The translations under genes and the position numbers were made by a program. Of a stretch of DNA of 64,000 bases, positions 9,922-20,304 are shown in pieces; the stretch's first letter is position 1, and each line of letters starts with the position of its first letter. The DNA is from Opitutales bacterium. GTDB taxonomy: Bacteria > Verrucomicrobiota > Verrucomicrobiia > Opitutales > UBA2987. The notes beneath the pieces were generated by a model. The model was not told the DNA's origin. It made no database searches and saw only the letters and a list, made by a program, of their open reading frames with translations. Location of the stretch: assembly GCA_965226885.1 (NCBI GenBank), contig CBDDEL010000009.1, positions 96,001-160,000 of the forward strand, written 5' to 3'.

Positions 9922-12222
9922 ATGCGAAATGGTTTTTGCACTTTGGTAATTTTCAGCACTATCAGCTTATCGGCTCTGGCTGCTGGTGCGGAAGTTGCGG
10001 GTAAAAATGAGCCCGCTCCGCGGCAGGCATATCCAGACCGGAACACGGTTACCCTATGGCTGTTCGATGAGATTGATTATCCGCACGCGACTCTGACCGA
10101 TGCCAGTGAATACGCCAAAGCCGACTTGTGCCTGATGGATGGCGGCCACCTGGTGGGTGGAAAATTCGGAAACGCCCTGCAAGTCACGGGCACTGATTAC
10201 GCTCTCTGTTACGCGGGATTTGCCGGTAAAGTATCCGAAGAGGATTTGCGCGAGCGTGATGGAACTCCCAGCGCCCTTTGGGGACCGACGGAGGGACCCG
10301 GTGCGCTTCTCGATGGACTGGCGGGCGACCGGTGGACGATTGAATTCTGGCTGAATCCCGCATCGGTTGCCCACGATTTCTCAATCATCGACATGGGCCA
10401 GGCCGATGCACCGGGGTTATCATTAAGGCTGTCCGCTGGCGATTTTGAACTCATCAATTATTATGCGGGCGTGAAGGCGGTCTTGCCCGCTGATTTGTCG
10501 GCGGGGAAATGGCAGCACATTGCGATTAACCGCGACGGTTCCAGTGTCGAGTGCTTCGTAAATGGCGAGAAACAAACACGTTTGTCCAAGATTTTTTCAA
10601 TCGAGACACAGGCCATACCGAATCTGCAAAAGCCGGAAGATCGCGAGGGTGAACACCGGAACTTCAAACCTATGACTTTCGATCAGCGTCGCCGAAACCG
10701 CTTCAATGTGGCTATCGGAGCAGATCGCAATGGAAGTGACGGCATGAAGGGCCTGATCGACGAAATTCGCATATCGAATGTGGCCCGTTACAACGCCGAC
10801 TTTATCCCGGCGAGCTTTTCCAGGAATTACGGCCCAAATGCACCCGGGCCACCAGTCGCCAATGGTCCGGCTCTCCTATTTGACCCCGAACCGGTTTCGT
10901 TGCCGCTCAAGTTTGATGCGCGCAAGCATGTCTTTATCGACGACGCGATCATCGATACCCAGGCGAACCTGAGGATTACCATGAACCAGCCGTTCGATAA
11001 GCGGGAGATCGGCAAGGATTTTGCGATTACAAGATCCTCATTACGGGGAAGCGTTTTTGATGTGAATGGTGTAGTCTTTATGGCACTACCCGAGGGTTAC
11101 AGCTCCGAAAAGGGAACGACGTATCTGGCGACATCCGAAGACGGACTCAATTTTACGATGAAGGGTCTCATTATGCCGGAAACGTCAATGTATGGTTCAT
11201 TCTTTAAAGACCTTAATCCAGGTGTTCCGGCCAGTGAGAAATACAAGGTTAACTCATTTGTAGCCAGCCGTGGCATGTATTTTTACACCTCCGGCGACGG
11301 CATCAATTGGCGCAGGAATGAAGTGAGCCAGCTTCCCCTTCGGTCGGGCGGCGAAGGCGAGTGCTTCTGGGATGATCAACGGGGTAGATACACCAGCTAC
11401 ATCAAGCGCGACAGCAGCTTCCACAACGAAGAGTGCCCAAGAGCAGGCGGCCGGGTCGGAGTGGGTTTCTGGACTAATGAAATTCTCAAACCCTGGCCCT
11501 TCCATCAAATGGATACGCCCTACTTTGAAGGATATCCTTTCCCGTCCGTCACTTGCGAAGGCCCGACCTCATTCGGCATTACCGAAGCCGGGGAGGTTTA
11601 CCGGATCAGGGCTATCAAATACCCATGGGCACCGGATGTTTACCTCGCATTCATCTGGAGGTTTAGTCCCGAAAATGACGAAGTCAGGCATATTGACCTT
11701 GGAATTAGCCGCGATGGTGAAAACTGGACATTCTCAGGTACCGATTGGTACATACCACTTGGATCGCAAGAGGAAGAACTTACGCTCTACGGACTCATCC
11801 GGCGAGGCGATGAAATATGGCAATATGTAGATGAAGGCGGCGCGCATGGAGGCGACTCCAAACGGGTTTATTATCGTTACACCCAGCGGTTGGACGGATT
11901 TATCTCTCTCGATGCAGGTGCCGAGGCCGGTACCGCAACCACACTGCCCTTGATTTATAAGGGTGATCAGCTTGTTCTCAATCTTAAAGCGAAGGGTTCC
12001 GTCAAAGTAGCCATTACGGACGCGAAGGGTAGGGCGTATCCAGGTTTTGATCTTGACGACTGCGACCCGATCACTGGCGACATGGTCGAAAAAACCGTCA
12101 CCTGGCATGGCAATGCAAGCGTCAAGGAAATGGCGGGAAAAACAGTGCGCCTGAAATTCCGAATGCAGGAAGCAAAACTATTCGCCTTTGAATTTACCAA
12201 CCGCGTTCCGTCGAAAAACTAA
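9922..12222 (+). CDS. Secreted LamG/concanavalin-like plus beta-propeller glycoside-hydrolase-like protein
   Basis: Signal peptide; GKFGNAL, WTIEFW, WQHIA, GLIDEIRISNVARY (LamG); RKHVFIDD, SGDGINW, RLDGFISLDAG. Confidence 0.65.
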   Translation: MRNGFCTLVIFSTISLSALAAGAEVAGKNEPAPRQAYPDRNTVTLWLFDEIDYPHATLTDASEYAKADLCLMDGGHLVGGKFGNALQVTGTDYALCYAGFAGKVSEEDLRERDGTPSALWGPTEGPGALLDGLAGDRWTIEFWLNPASVAHDFSIIDMGQADAPGLSLRLSAGDFELINYYAGVKAVLPADLSAGKWQHIAINRDGSSVECFVNGEKQTRLSKIFSIETQAIPNLQKPEDREGEHRNFKPMTFDQRRRNRFNVAIGADRNGSDGMKGLIDEIRISNVARYNADFIPASFSRNYGPNAPGPPVANGPALLFDPEPVSLPLKFDARKHVFIDDAIIDTQANLRITMNQPFDKREIGKDFAITRSSLRGSVFDVNGVVFMALPEGYSSEKGTTYLATSEDGLNFTMKGLIMPETSMYGSFFKDLNPGVPASEKYKVNSFVASRGMYFYTSGDGINWRRNEVSQLPLRSGGEGECFWDDQRGRYTSYIKRDSSFHNEECPRAGGRVGVGFWTNEILKPWPFHQMDTPYFEGYPFPSVTCEGPTSFGITEAGEVYRIRAIKYPWAPDVYLAFIWRFSPENDEVRHIDLGISRDGENWTFSGTDWYIPLGSQEEELTLYGLIRRGDEIWQYVDEGGAHGGDSKRVYYRYTQRLDGFISLDAGAEAGTATTLPLIYKGDQLVLNLKAKGSVKVAITDAKGRAYPGFDLDDCDPITGDMVEKTVTWHGNASVKEMAGKTVRLKFRMQEAKLFAFEFTNRVPSKN

Positions 12223-12245
12223 ACCATAAACTAATAATACCCGTT

Positions 12246-14081
12246 ATGAAACAATCCAATCTTAACCGCCGCGATTTCATCAAGACCTCCGTCGCCGGAG
12301 CCATCCTCGCCACCACCCCGGGAGCCCACAGCATAGCGCAGGAGACCGCGCCAACATCTGCCGGGAGTAGGGGAGGCAAGAAGCACACCCTCGATTTTAA
12401 CAGGGAAGGGACCCTCATCCGGTCGGACATGTCACAATGCACCCCCAAGGGAAATTATTCCCACAACTTCGAGAAAGACCGCTGGTCCCTCATCGACTTT
12501 GAGACCACCGAAGGCGTCAAAGGATACATGGCCTCGGCCCGGCCCGACAACACTTGCGGCGCATTGACCCTCCCGCTCGACGCGCAAGGGCTTTACAAAA
12601 TCTACCTCGGCATACACGCCACCAAATCCCACTTCCGCGGACGGTCCTCCTACGGCCAGCTCCAGGTGAAACTGTCCGACGACCCCGGCTACCGCAGGGT
12701 CGGCCCCGAAGACGAAACCGTGGATGAAGACGGCACCACCAAGTTCGGCGAGGACAGCCCCAGCCTCGATAAAGTAATCACCGAAGCCTACTGGAAAACC
12801 GCCGACCTCACCGGCCAGTCCCTCACCATCAGCCAGATGCCCGATCCCTACAACCGGCCCGAGCACGCCAGGATGTCAAACCTCTCCTACGTAAGATTGA
12901 TCCCCCTGAACGAAGAGGAGAAACGCCAGTGGCGCGAGATTCAACCCACTGAAAAGACCCGCAACCTCGCCTTGATCTTTTGCACCGGTCAATACACCGG
13001 TCACACCCGGGGCACCTACAACTTTCACCCCACCGCCAAAAATTGGTGCACGGACGAGTTTACGCCCTTCGCCGATTCCGACATCGGCATCCTCATCTTC
13101 GAAGCCCTCAGAGGCAGTTCCTGTGTTTACAAAACAAACATCGGCAGCTTGGGAACCAAAGACCAAACCTGGCAGGATGACTGGGTGGACCCCCTGGTGG
13201 AGCTTACGAAGCTCGCCCACGACAACGGCATGAAAATATTCGCCAGCATGCGCTTCATCGGAGTCCAGTTCCCCATGAACCGCTCGCCCATCGCCTGGGC
13301 CGTCAACTACTGGAAACATCGCGAATGGACCATGCGCACCAAGGAAGGTATGCCCATCACCAACCTGAGCATTGCCTATCCCGTAGTCCGCCAGTATTGG
13401 CTCAGCCTCCTGCGCGAAACCCTCGACTACGGCACCGACGGAGTCCAGCTCCACCTCAACCGCTCCGAACCCTACGTATTCTACGAAGAGCCCGTCGTGC
13501 GCGCCTTTCAGGAAAAATACGGCGAAGACCCCCGCCAACTCGACCACGAAGACCCCCGCTGGATCGCTCACTCCGCCAGTTATATGACCCAGTTTCTTCG
13601 CGAGATTCGCGCCCTGGTCGATGAAAAACCCGGCCGGAACCTCAGCATCACCCTCTCCGGTCGCGCAAACGGCCGGGAAGCGCACTACGAAGAGAACCAT
13701 TGCGACGTCGAAACCTGGTTGCGCGAAGACCTCGTCAACTACCTCATGATCACGCCCTACCTGCATCCCGATCTCCTCAAAAAATGGCGCAGGATCGGCG
13801 GGGACAACGTCCACATCTGGCCCGACCTCATGCCACGCGCGCAATCCGCCGCCAGCTTCGCCCGGCTCGCCAAGTCATACTACGAAGCCGGGGCCGACGG
13901 CCTTACCTTATGGGACGGCGAACGCCGCACCGCCAGGATCAGCGAGTGGTCCGGGGTGCAGAGGCTCGGCCACAAAGACCAACTCGACCGCCTCGCCCAG
14001 GAAGGCCCCTCCTATTACAGATGGGCCCACCTCAAGTACCTCGGCGGCTTCGATGTAAAGTGGTCCTTCAAGGATGGTTGA
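12246..14081 (+). CDS. Tat-exported putative glycoside hydrolase (GHL10-like TIM barrel)
   Basis: NRRDFIK twin-arginine signal; LAHDNGMKIFASMR, LSIAYPVVRQYWLSLLRETLDYGTDGVQL, YYEAGADGLTLWD. Confidence 0.6.
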   Translation: MKQSNLNRRDFIKTSVAGAILATTPGAHSIAQETAPTSAGSRGGKKHTLDFNREGTLIRSDMSQCTPKGNYSHNFEKDRWSLIDFETTEGVKGYMASARPDNTCGALTLPLDAQGLYKIYLGIHATKSHFRGRSSYGQLQVKLSDDPGYRRVGPEDETVDEDGTTKFGEDSPSLDKVITEAYWKTADLTGQSLTISQMPDPYNRPEHARMSNLSYVRLIPLNEEEKRQWREIQPTEKTRNLALIFCTGQYTGHTRGTYNFHPTAKNWCTDEFTPFADSDIGILIFEALRGSSCVYKTNIGSLGTKDQTWQDDWVDPLVELTKLAHDNGMKIFASMRFIGVQFPMNRSPIAWAVNYWKHREWTMRTKEGMPITNLSIAYPVVRQYWLSLLRETLDYGTDGVQLHLNRSEPYVFYEEPVVRAFQEKYGEDPRQLDHEDPRWIAHSASYMTQFLREIRALVDEKPGRNLSITLSGRANGREAHYEENHCDVETWLREDLVNYLMITPYLHPDLLKKWRRIGGDNVHIWPDLMPRAQSAASFARLAKSYYEAGADGLTLWDGERRTARISEWSGVQRLGHKDQLDRLAQEGPSYYRWAHLKYLGGFDVKWSFKDG

Positions 14082-14107
14082 GGGAGAAGTTCCTGAGGTA
14101 GAGAATT

Positions 14108-16268
14108 TCAGTTATCCATCATGAACTGCAAAGCATAGAGTTTGGCGTTTTTGAGCTGGATTTTTAACTGAATTTCTTTCCCGGCCAGGGCGGTTAGGTC
14201 GGAATTTTTATTCCAGGTAACGCGGTGGTTGATGTTGTCGGTTGTTATAGGGTCGCAGTCGTTGAGCGTATAGCCGGGAATCGACTGACCGGCTTGGTTG
14301 AGGATGGCGAGGCGGGCGATTCCTTTGGCCCCTGTATTGATATTAAGTTGAAGTTGGTTACCGGTAAAGATGAGTTGTTTGGTGACTATTTTCCCAGTAT
14401 TTTGGCCGGCGTCGAGGGAAACGAATCCGTCCAGGCGTTGTTTGAGGAGCATGAGGCGATCGTGGATGCCGCCTTCAAATTCTACGCCGCCATACATGAT
14501 GCCCCCGTGCTCGGTAAAGCGAACGGTGCCGTATTGCCAGATTTCGTTCCCACGGCGAATCATTCCATGCTCGGTCAGGGCCTCGATCACTTTGCGGCCA
14601 TTAAGTTCCCAGCCGCTGGCGAAATAGTAGGGGTTTTCATAGCGTTTCCAGTTCACGCCGTCGCGGCTGACCATGAGGAAACTGCCGGGACGGACATTAC
14701 CTTCTTTTAGAAAGCGCCATGGGAACGCCAGGTAGGTGTCGGGCGCCCATTCATATTTGTGGGCCTTGAACCGATAAACTTGCCCCCCGGTATCAACGAT
14801 GGGCAGCTCGCCCTGGGTCGGCTCGGACAGGAGCATGTCGGTATGGGGTTTTTCCGCCTGTGTGAAGGGCCACGGTTTGAGCAGGTCCGGGATGATGAGG
14901 CGGGGGCAATATTGCGACGTTGGGTGGGGCCGTCGCCGAATGGAGCCCGGATGTGCGTGCGGTAATAACCGGTTTGGTCGTCCCAAAAAGTGGTGTTGCT
15001 GCCATCGGGATCGAAGGGTAAAAGGCAGGTTTCATTGCGCCGGAAATGGATGCCGTCCGGCGAGGTGAATACATAAAATCCCCAGTACATGTTCCAGGCG
15101 ATGTATTTGTATTTTTCTTCGGGCGGAACCATTGGATTGCGGTCCTTGATGATCGCGCCCTGGCTAGAGTTCATCAGCACGATATTGTTCCTGGTCGAAC
15201 GGTCCCAGGATCTCAGGTTGAGGATCGGTTTTTCCCAATGGAGACCATCTTTCGATTTGGCAAAACAAACGACGTGATTTCGGGCGCCCCACATTCCGCT
15301 GTTGGTGTAAAGCATACGAAATTCGCCGTCCTCATCCCAAACGCTGCAAACATCAGGAATGGTCGAACCCATGCGCGGGGTGGGTTCCCACGCTTCCGTG
15401 TTGCGAAAATCGGTTTCCACGGGAACAGGGGAATTGGGCGTGAAGCGAACATTTTCCATTCTTGCAATCAAGGCATCGTCGATAAAAAGGTGTTTTCGTG
15501 AATGGAGCGGAATGGGGCCTGTAATTTGATTTTCAGGGTTAAACAGGAGGGGAGGGCCATTTGCCTTGTATATGGGTGGAGGTTGAGTTCCATAATTGCG
15601 GGAGAAACTTTCCGGCGGGGTGAACTCGCCGGAATACCTGACGATATCGGAGATGCGCATCTCATCGACCAAGGCGTTCACTTCATGGGCGATCTTGAGA
15701 GAGACGAGGCGGTTCATGGTCGGCAGAAAGCCGCCTTTTTCTGGGTGTTCTTGCAACTTGCCATCTACATAATGGCGAAGCTGGCGTTCATTTGCGGTAT
15801 AAGTAAAAGCCAGGTGATGCCACTCATTGTCGTTGAGTTTTTCGGTGTCGGTAGGAATCACTATTTCTACATCGAATTCATATTTGGTCAGCATTTTGCT
15901 CGAAAGTAGGAACTGGCTCCTTCCCGTATCTAATATGAGGGCATTGATCATTTGGGGAGCCGTACCCACCTGATCATTTCGTATCTCGAAAATGCTGCCC
16001 CACTGTAGTTGCGATCCCGCCGTCTGAAACCACAACTCGATAGACCAGTCGAGGTAACCGAGATTGAGCCGATCAGGAACTTCGTCGCCCCGGTCAAGCA
16101 GGTAAACGTTTCCGTCTCTTTGCAGACGGCTGGGCCATTCCACCTTCGCACCCCCGCCCGGCGGCGTATAGAGGCCGCGGCCAAACTTTCCTTTTACCAA
16201 CCCAACCACGCCATCAATGTGGAGAGGTTTTACCCCTTCGTTCGTCCTAACCAGCCGAAGGTCATGTT
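14108..16268 (-). pseudogene. Paralog of the 9922-12222 LamG/GH-like gene; 5' end removed at IS3 and frameshifted at 14902-14906
   Basis: ORFs 14707-16278 and 14108-14986 join (RNIARLIIPDLLKPW) if two bases are removed from the G5 run; shares SFSRNYG, ANGP.LLF.PE, RKH.FIDD, RLDGF.SLDAG with the paralog. Confidence 0.8.
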
Positions 16269-17596
16269 TGATGTGCACTGGAAAAAGTGGACACGAGATT
16301 CTCCTAAATGGAGAATCGAAGCATGGGAAGAAGACGCTTTAGTATAGAGTTCAAAAATGAGGCAGTTCAACTGATGATACTCGATGGTCTGAGCGCCACC
16401 GAGGTATCGACCAAACTTGGGGTCAACACCAACCAATTGTATAGGTGGAAGAGGCTCTATCTGGACGATCAGCAGGGCGAAGCCACCTCAAAGCGACAGA
16501 GCAGTCCGAAGGAGATGGCGGCCGAGATAGATCGTCTTCGCAAAGAGCTGCGCCGCTCGGAGCGGATCAACCAGATACTAAAAAAAACGGTGGGCTACTT
16601 TGCCAAGGACGAACAATGAAGTACCAGTTTGTCAAAGACAACGAGGGGCGCTTCAAGATCGAGGAAATATGCTCGGCGATGGGGATTTGTCGCAGTGGCT
16701 ATTACTGCTGGAGGCACCGAGCGCCCTCGGCCCGGCGGATCGAGGACGAGGGAATCAAGGGGGCGATCCTGAAGGTACACAAAGAGGCCAAGGGCCGCTA
16801 TGGGCATCGGCCAATGCACCGCCATCTGAAGGATGATGAGGGCATCGATTGCGGCCGTGACCGGGCTCTGCGTCTGATGCGTGAAATGGGAATCAAAAGC
16901 ACCCAGAGTAAACGCTTTAAGCCATTAAAAACCAACAGTAACCATCCCTATGGTTACAGCCCCAATGTGCTTAAAAAGCATGGCCAGCCGACCCATATCG
17001 ACGAGGTCTGGGTGGCGGACACGACCTACCTACGGACCCTGGCCGGTTGGATGTACTTGGCCACGGTGATGGACCTGTTCAGCCGACGCCTGCTGGGCTG
17101 GAGCGTTTCCAACCACAACGACGCGAAGCTGGTTGGCAAGGCCCTCAAAGCCGCGGCCATGACCCGCGGCACACTGCGCACCGGGATTATTCATCACAGC
17201 GATCGGGGCAGCCCCTACGCCAGCGACGACTATCAGAGGCTGGTCTCTGAACTAGGCATGAAGCCGAGCATGAGCGGCCAAGGCAACTGCTACGACAACG
17301 CGGCCATGGAATCGTTCTACGGCCGCTTCAAGACCAGCACGATTCGAGGCCGCCACTTTGCCGACGAGCGCGAACTGCGATCAACTGTCTTCGAATACGT
17401 GGAAATCTTCTACAACCGATATCGCAAACATTCCTCTCTGAGTTACCAAAGCCCAGTCCAATTCGAGGAAAATATTTGCCCCCCATGGGGGGCAACGAGA
17501 AAACAAAACCCTTTACCAAAACAAGCCGCCTGACACACTAATCAATAAACAATGAATATAAGAGAATCCCGTGTCCAACAAATCCAGTACACGTCA
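16269..17596 (+). mobile_element. IS3-family insertion sequence
   Basis: TG...CA ends with ~35-bp imperfect inverted repeats (TGATGTGCACTGG...TGGACACGAGATTCTC / GAGAATCCCGTGTCCA...CCAGTACACGTCA). Confidence 0.92.
16323..17533 (+). CDS. IS3 transposase OrfA (16323-16619) and OrfB (to 17533), joined by a -1 frameshift
   Basis: HTH OrfA MGRRRFSIEFKNEAV; A8 slippery site 16580-16587; OrfB WVADTTY, HHSDRGSPY, DNAAMESF. Confidence 0.9.
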
Positions 17597-17611
17597 GTAT
17601 AGTAGCCGCTT

Positions 17612-17929
17612 ATGTGGCAAAAGACTTCAGTGGAGCCGTATTTTGGCCTCAGGATTGATGTTCCTCAGGCAGGGGAGGTGTTTGGGCGCTATGGGCCGGT
17701 GCCGACGCCGGGGTTGATGGAGCCTTATGGGTATTCCAAGGCAAAGTGTGTTTTTGACCGGAGGACATTGCTCAAGGCCTGGGCCTGGGCCTGTATGGAT
17801 GTGGGAGCCAATCCCGTTGTGCCGCCTTCGGGGGAAGGTGTTTTTTGTGATGATGGCGACGGCAAATTGACCACTGACGCCACTATAATGGGAGCCTGTC
17901 AAAATCCTCTCGTAAAAATCAGTTATTAG
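17612..17929 (+). CDS. Hypothetical protein or orphan gene fragment
   Basis: Open frame with protein-like composition between IS3 and the ATPase; no recognised motif. Confidence 0.25.
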   Translation: MWQKTSVEPYFGLRIDVPQAGEVFGRYGPVPTPGLMEPYGYSKAKCVFDRRTLLKAWAWACMDVGANPVVPPSGEGVFCDDGDGKLTTDATIMGACQNPLVKISY

Positions 17930-17947
17930 AGTCAGCCTTTATTCAAG

Positions 17948-20218
17948 GTGTCGCATCATAAAAGCATTAAGGATCGGGAATCCTGGCTTCCCGCGCTGGC
18001 TGATTTTTTGCTGGCCCGAGCCGACTTGGGGGCCATGCGGGTCGATCCGGCGGGTGGAAAAATCTCCATCGCTACTTTGGGGGCGATTGATGAGGAAGAA
18101 TTGCGTACCACCTTGCACGCCACTTTGCGGGCTGCGGAAAAAACCCTGATGCCCGAAAAACCTCTTAATCCGGTCTTGACGGTTGAATCCAGCCCGGAGG
18201 GCACATTGCTGAGCAAGCCATCCTGCCTGACCTCGCCGGCCCTCTGGCGCTGGCGCGAGTTCGAATGGCCGGATCGGGAGCCGGAAACGGCCGACTCCTG
18301 CTGTAGTCATGAGCATGACTGGGAAACCCTGCTCCTGCTGGCCTCAATTTGCGGTTTGTCCGCACTGGCTGGCTGGATCGTGGAAACAACAGCTCCAGGG
18401 CAAGTCTATTGGTTCCGTTCCCTTTACCTGTTGGCACTGGTAACCGGCGGATGGGATGCCGCCTTCGATGCCTTTGCGAAGATCAAAAAAAGCAAACTGG
18501 ATATCCATTTCCTGATGCTGGCGGTGGCGGTGGGCGCAATCGCCATCGGAGCTTGGTCGGAGGGGGCGTTGCTGCTTTTTCTCTTTTCCTTTTCCGGAGC
18601 CCTGGAGCATTACGCCCTCTACCGGACGCGGAAGGAAGTGGACGCTCTTTTTAAGGCGGCCCCGCGTGAGGCCACGCTCCTGTTGCCCGATGGCAGCGAG
18701 CAAATCATCCCGGTCGAGAATGTGAAACCGGGCGACCGTCTGGCCATCAAACCTGGCGATTTGTTTCCCGTCGACGCCCTGCTTCTGACTGGACAAACGG
18801 CAGCCGACGAGTCCAATCTCACGGGTGAGTCTCTGCCAGTGGAAAAAACTACAGGCGACGCCCTCTATAGCGGCACCCTCAATCTTTGGGGGGCGGTAGA
18901 GGCAACCGCCCTGCGGCCCGCGGGCGAGAGCGCCTTGCAAAAAGTCCTTCGCATGATTGAGGAAGCGCAAAACCAGAAAGCGCCCAGCCAGAGCTTTACG
19001 GATCGTTTCGGCACTCGTTACACGGTAATCATTCTTTCCCTCACCACTCTGATGTTTTTTGTCTGGTGGCTGGCCTTCGATTTACCCGCATTTATGAGCG
19101 AAGCGGGCCGCAAATCCGCCTTTTATCAAGCCATGACGCTGCTGGTCGTGGCGAGCCCGTGCGCTCTTGTATTGTCGATCCCATCAGCTATCCTTGCGGC
19201 CATTGCCTGGGGAGCGCGGCGGGGTATCCTCTTCCGGGGGGGCGCCGCCATCGAAAACCTGGCCGAAATTGATATCGTGGCTCTGGACAAAACGGGAACC
19301 CTCACCACCGGCGACATGGTGGTGGATAAAATCGAGAGTTTTCCTCCGGGCCAGGAAAATGAGACCGCCCGCTACGCTTATTCTCTCGAACGCCACTCCG
19401 ACCACCCGATAGCCCGCGCCATTGTCAAGTATGGCGAAAAGGAGAATCTGTCCTCTCTGCCTGTCAACAACGCAACCGCTTTTCCCGGCCAGGGTATGGA
19501 GGGCTTCATCGATGGTTCCAAATGCATCCTGGGGAGGCGCGAATTGCTTTGCGATGGGCCTCTGGCAGAATTTGTGGTGATAGTTTCACCGCCCGCGCTG
19601 CACTACATTGAAGTCTGGATCATCGCCCGAGATTTCCTCGGCCGGATTTTATTGCGAGACCAGGTGCGGCCGCAATCGAAGCCGTTTTTAAAAGAACTGG
19701 CGCGCCGCAAATTGAAGACCGTCATGTTGACCGGAGACCGGCGGGAAACGGCCGAAGCGGTGGCCCATGAGCTTGGCTTGCAAGAGGTGCGCTCGGGATT
19801 AACCCCCGGACAAAAGGTGGATGCGATCAATGAATTTAAAAACTCGGGCCAGCGCGTGGCCATGGTAGGCGACGGCTTGAACGACGCGCCCAGTCTGGCC
19901 TCTGCCGATGTTGCGGTGGCCATGGGTTCGCGGGGCAGCGATGCCGCATTGGAACAAAGCGATATCATCCTCATGCAGGACCGCATTGAAAGTTTTGTCG
20001 ATGCCTACCGGCTCAGCTTGGCCTCAAGGAAGGTAATTCGTCAAAATATCGTCATTGCCCTGGGTACCGTGGTAGTCATGGTGGGGGTGACATTAATCGG
20101 CGTTCTGCCTCTTTCGATGGGAGTTTTGGGCCATGAAGGCAGCACTGTGCTGGTCTGTTTCAACAGTCTCCGCCTGCTGTTCATTAAAGACACGGTTTCC
20201 CGCCACAAATCAAAATGA
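17948..20218 (+). CDS. Heavy-metal-translocating P1B-type ATPase (P1B-4-like)
   Basis: TGES, SPC, DKTGTLT, HP, GDGLND and HEGST motifs. Confidence 0.92.
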   Translation: MSHHKSIKDRESWLPALADFLLARADLGAMRVDPAGGKISIATLGAIDEEELRTTLHATLRAAEKTLMPEKPLNPVLTVESSPEGTLLSKPSCLTSPALWRWREFEWPDREPETADSCCSHEHDWETLLLLASICGLSALAGWIVETTAPGQVYWFRSLYLLALVTGGWDAAFDAFAKIKKSKLDIHFLMLAVAVGAIAIGAWSEGALLLFLFSFSGALEHYALYRTRKEVDALFKAAPREATLLLPDGSEQIIPVENVKPGDRLAIKPGDLFPVDALLLTGQTAADESNLTGESLPVEKTTGDALYSGTLNLWGAVEATALRPAGESALQKVLRMIEEAQNQKAPSQSFTDRFGTRYTVIILSLTTLMFFVWWLAFDLPAFMSEAGRKSAFYQAMTLLVVASPCALVLSIPSAILAAIAWGARRGILFRGGAAIENLAEIDIVALDKTGTLTTGDMVVDKIESFPPGQENETARYAYSLERHSDHPIARAIVKYGEKENLSSLPVNNATAFPGQGMEGFIDGSKCILGRRELLCDGPLAEFVVIVSPPALHYIEVWIIARDFLGRILLRDQVRPQSKPFLKELARRKLKTVMLTGDRRETAEAVAHELGLQEVRSGLTPGQKVDAINEFKNSGQRVAMVGDGLNDAPSLASADVAVAMGSRGSDAALEQSDIILMQDRIESFVDAYRLSLASRKVIRQNIVIALGTVVVMVGVTLIGVLPLSMGVLGHEGSTVLVCFNSLRLLFIKDTVSRHKSK

Positions 20219-20304
20219 TCAAGGCCGCCAACCCGGGGGAAGATGGATTTTGTTTGAACCGCGCCGCAGAACCGCTTACCCCCTGACGGTTTAATTCTAT
20301 CCCG

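Noticed and set aside
12876..13844. Long antisense ORFs (also 8299-9111, 32827-33648, 53571-54332)
   Set aside because: Shadows of codon-biased genes on the opposite strand, with no motifs
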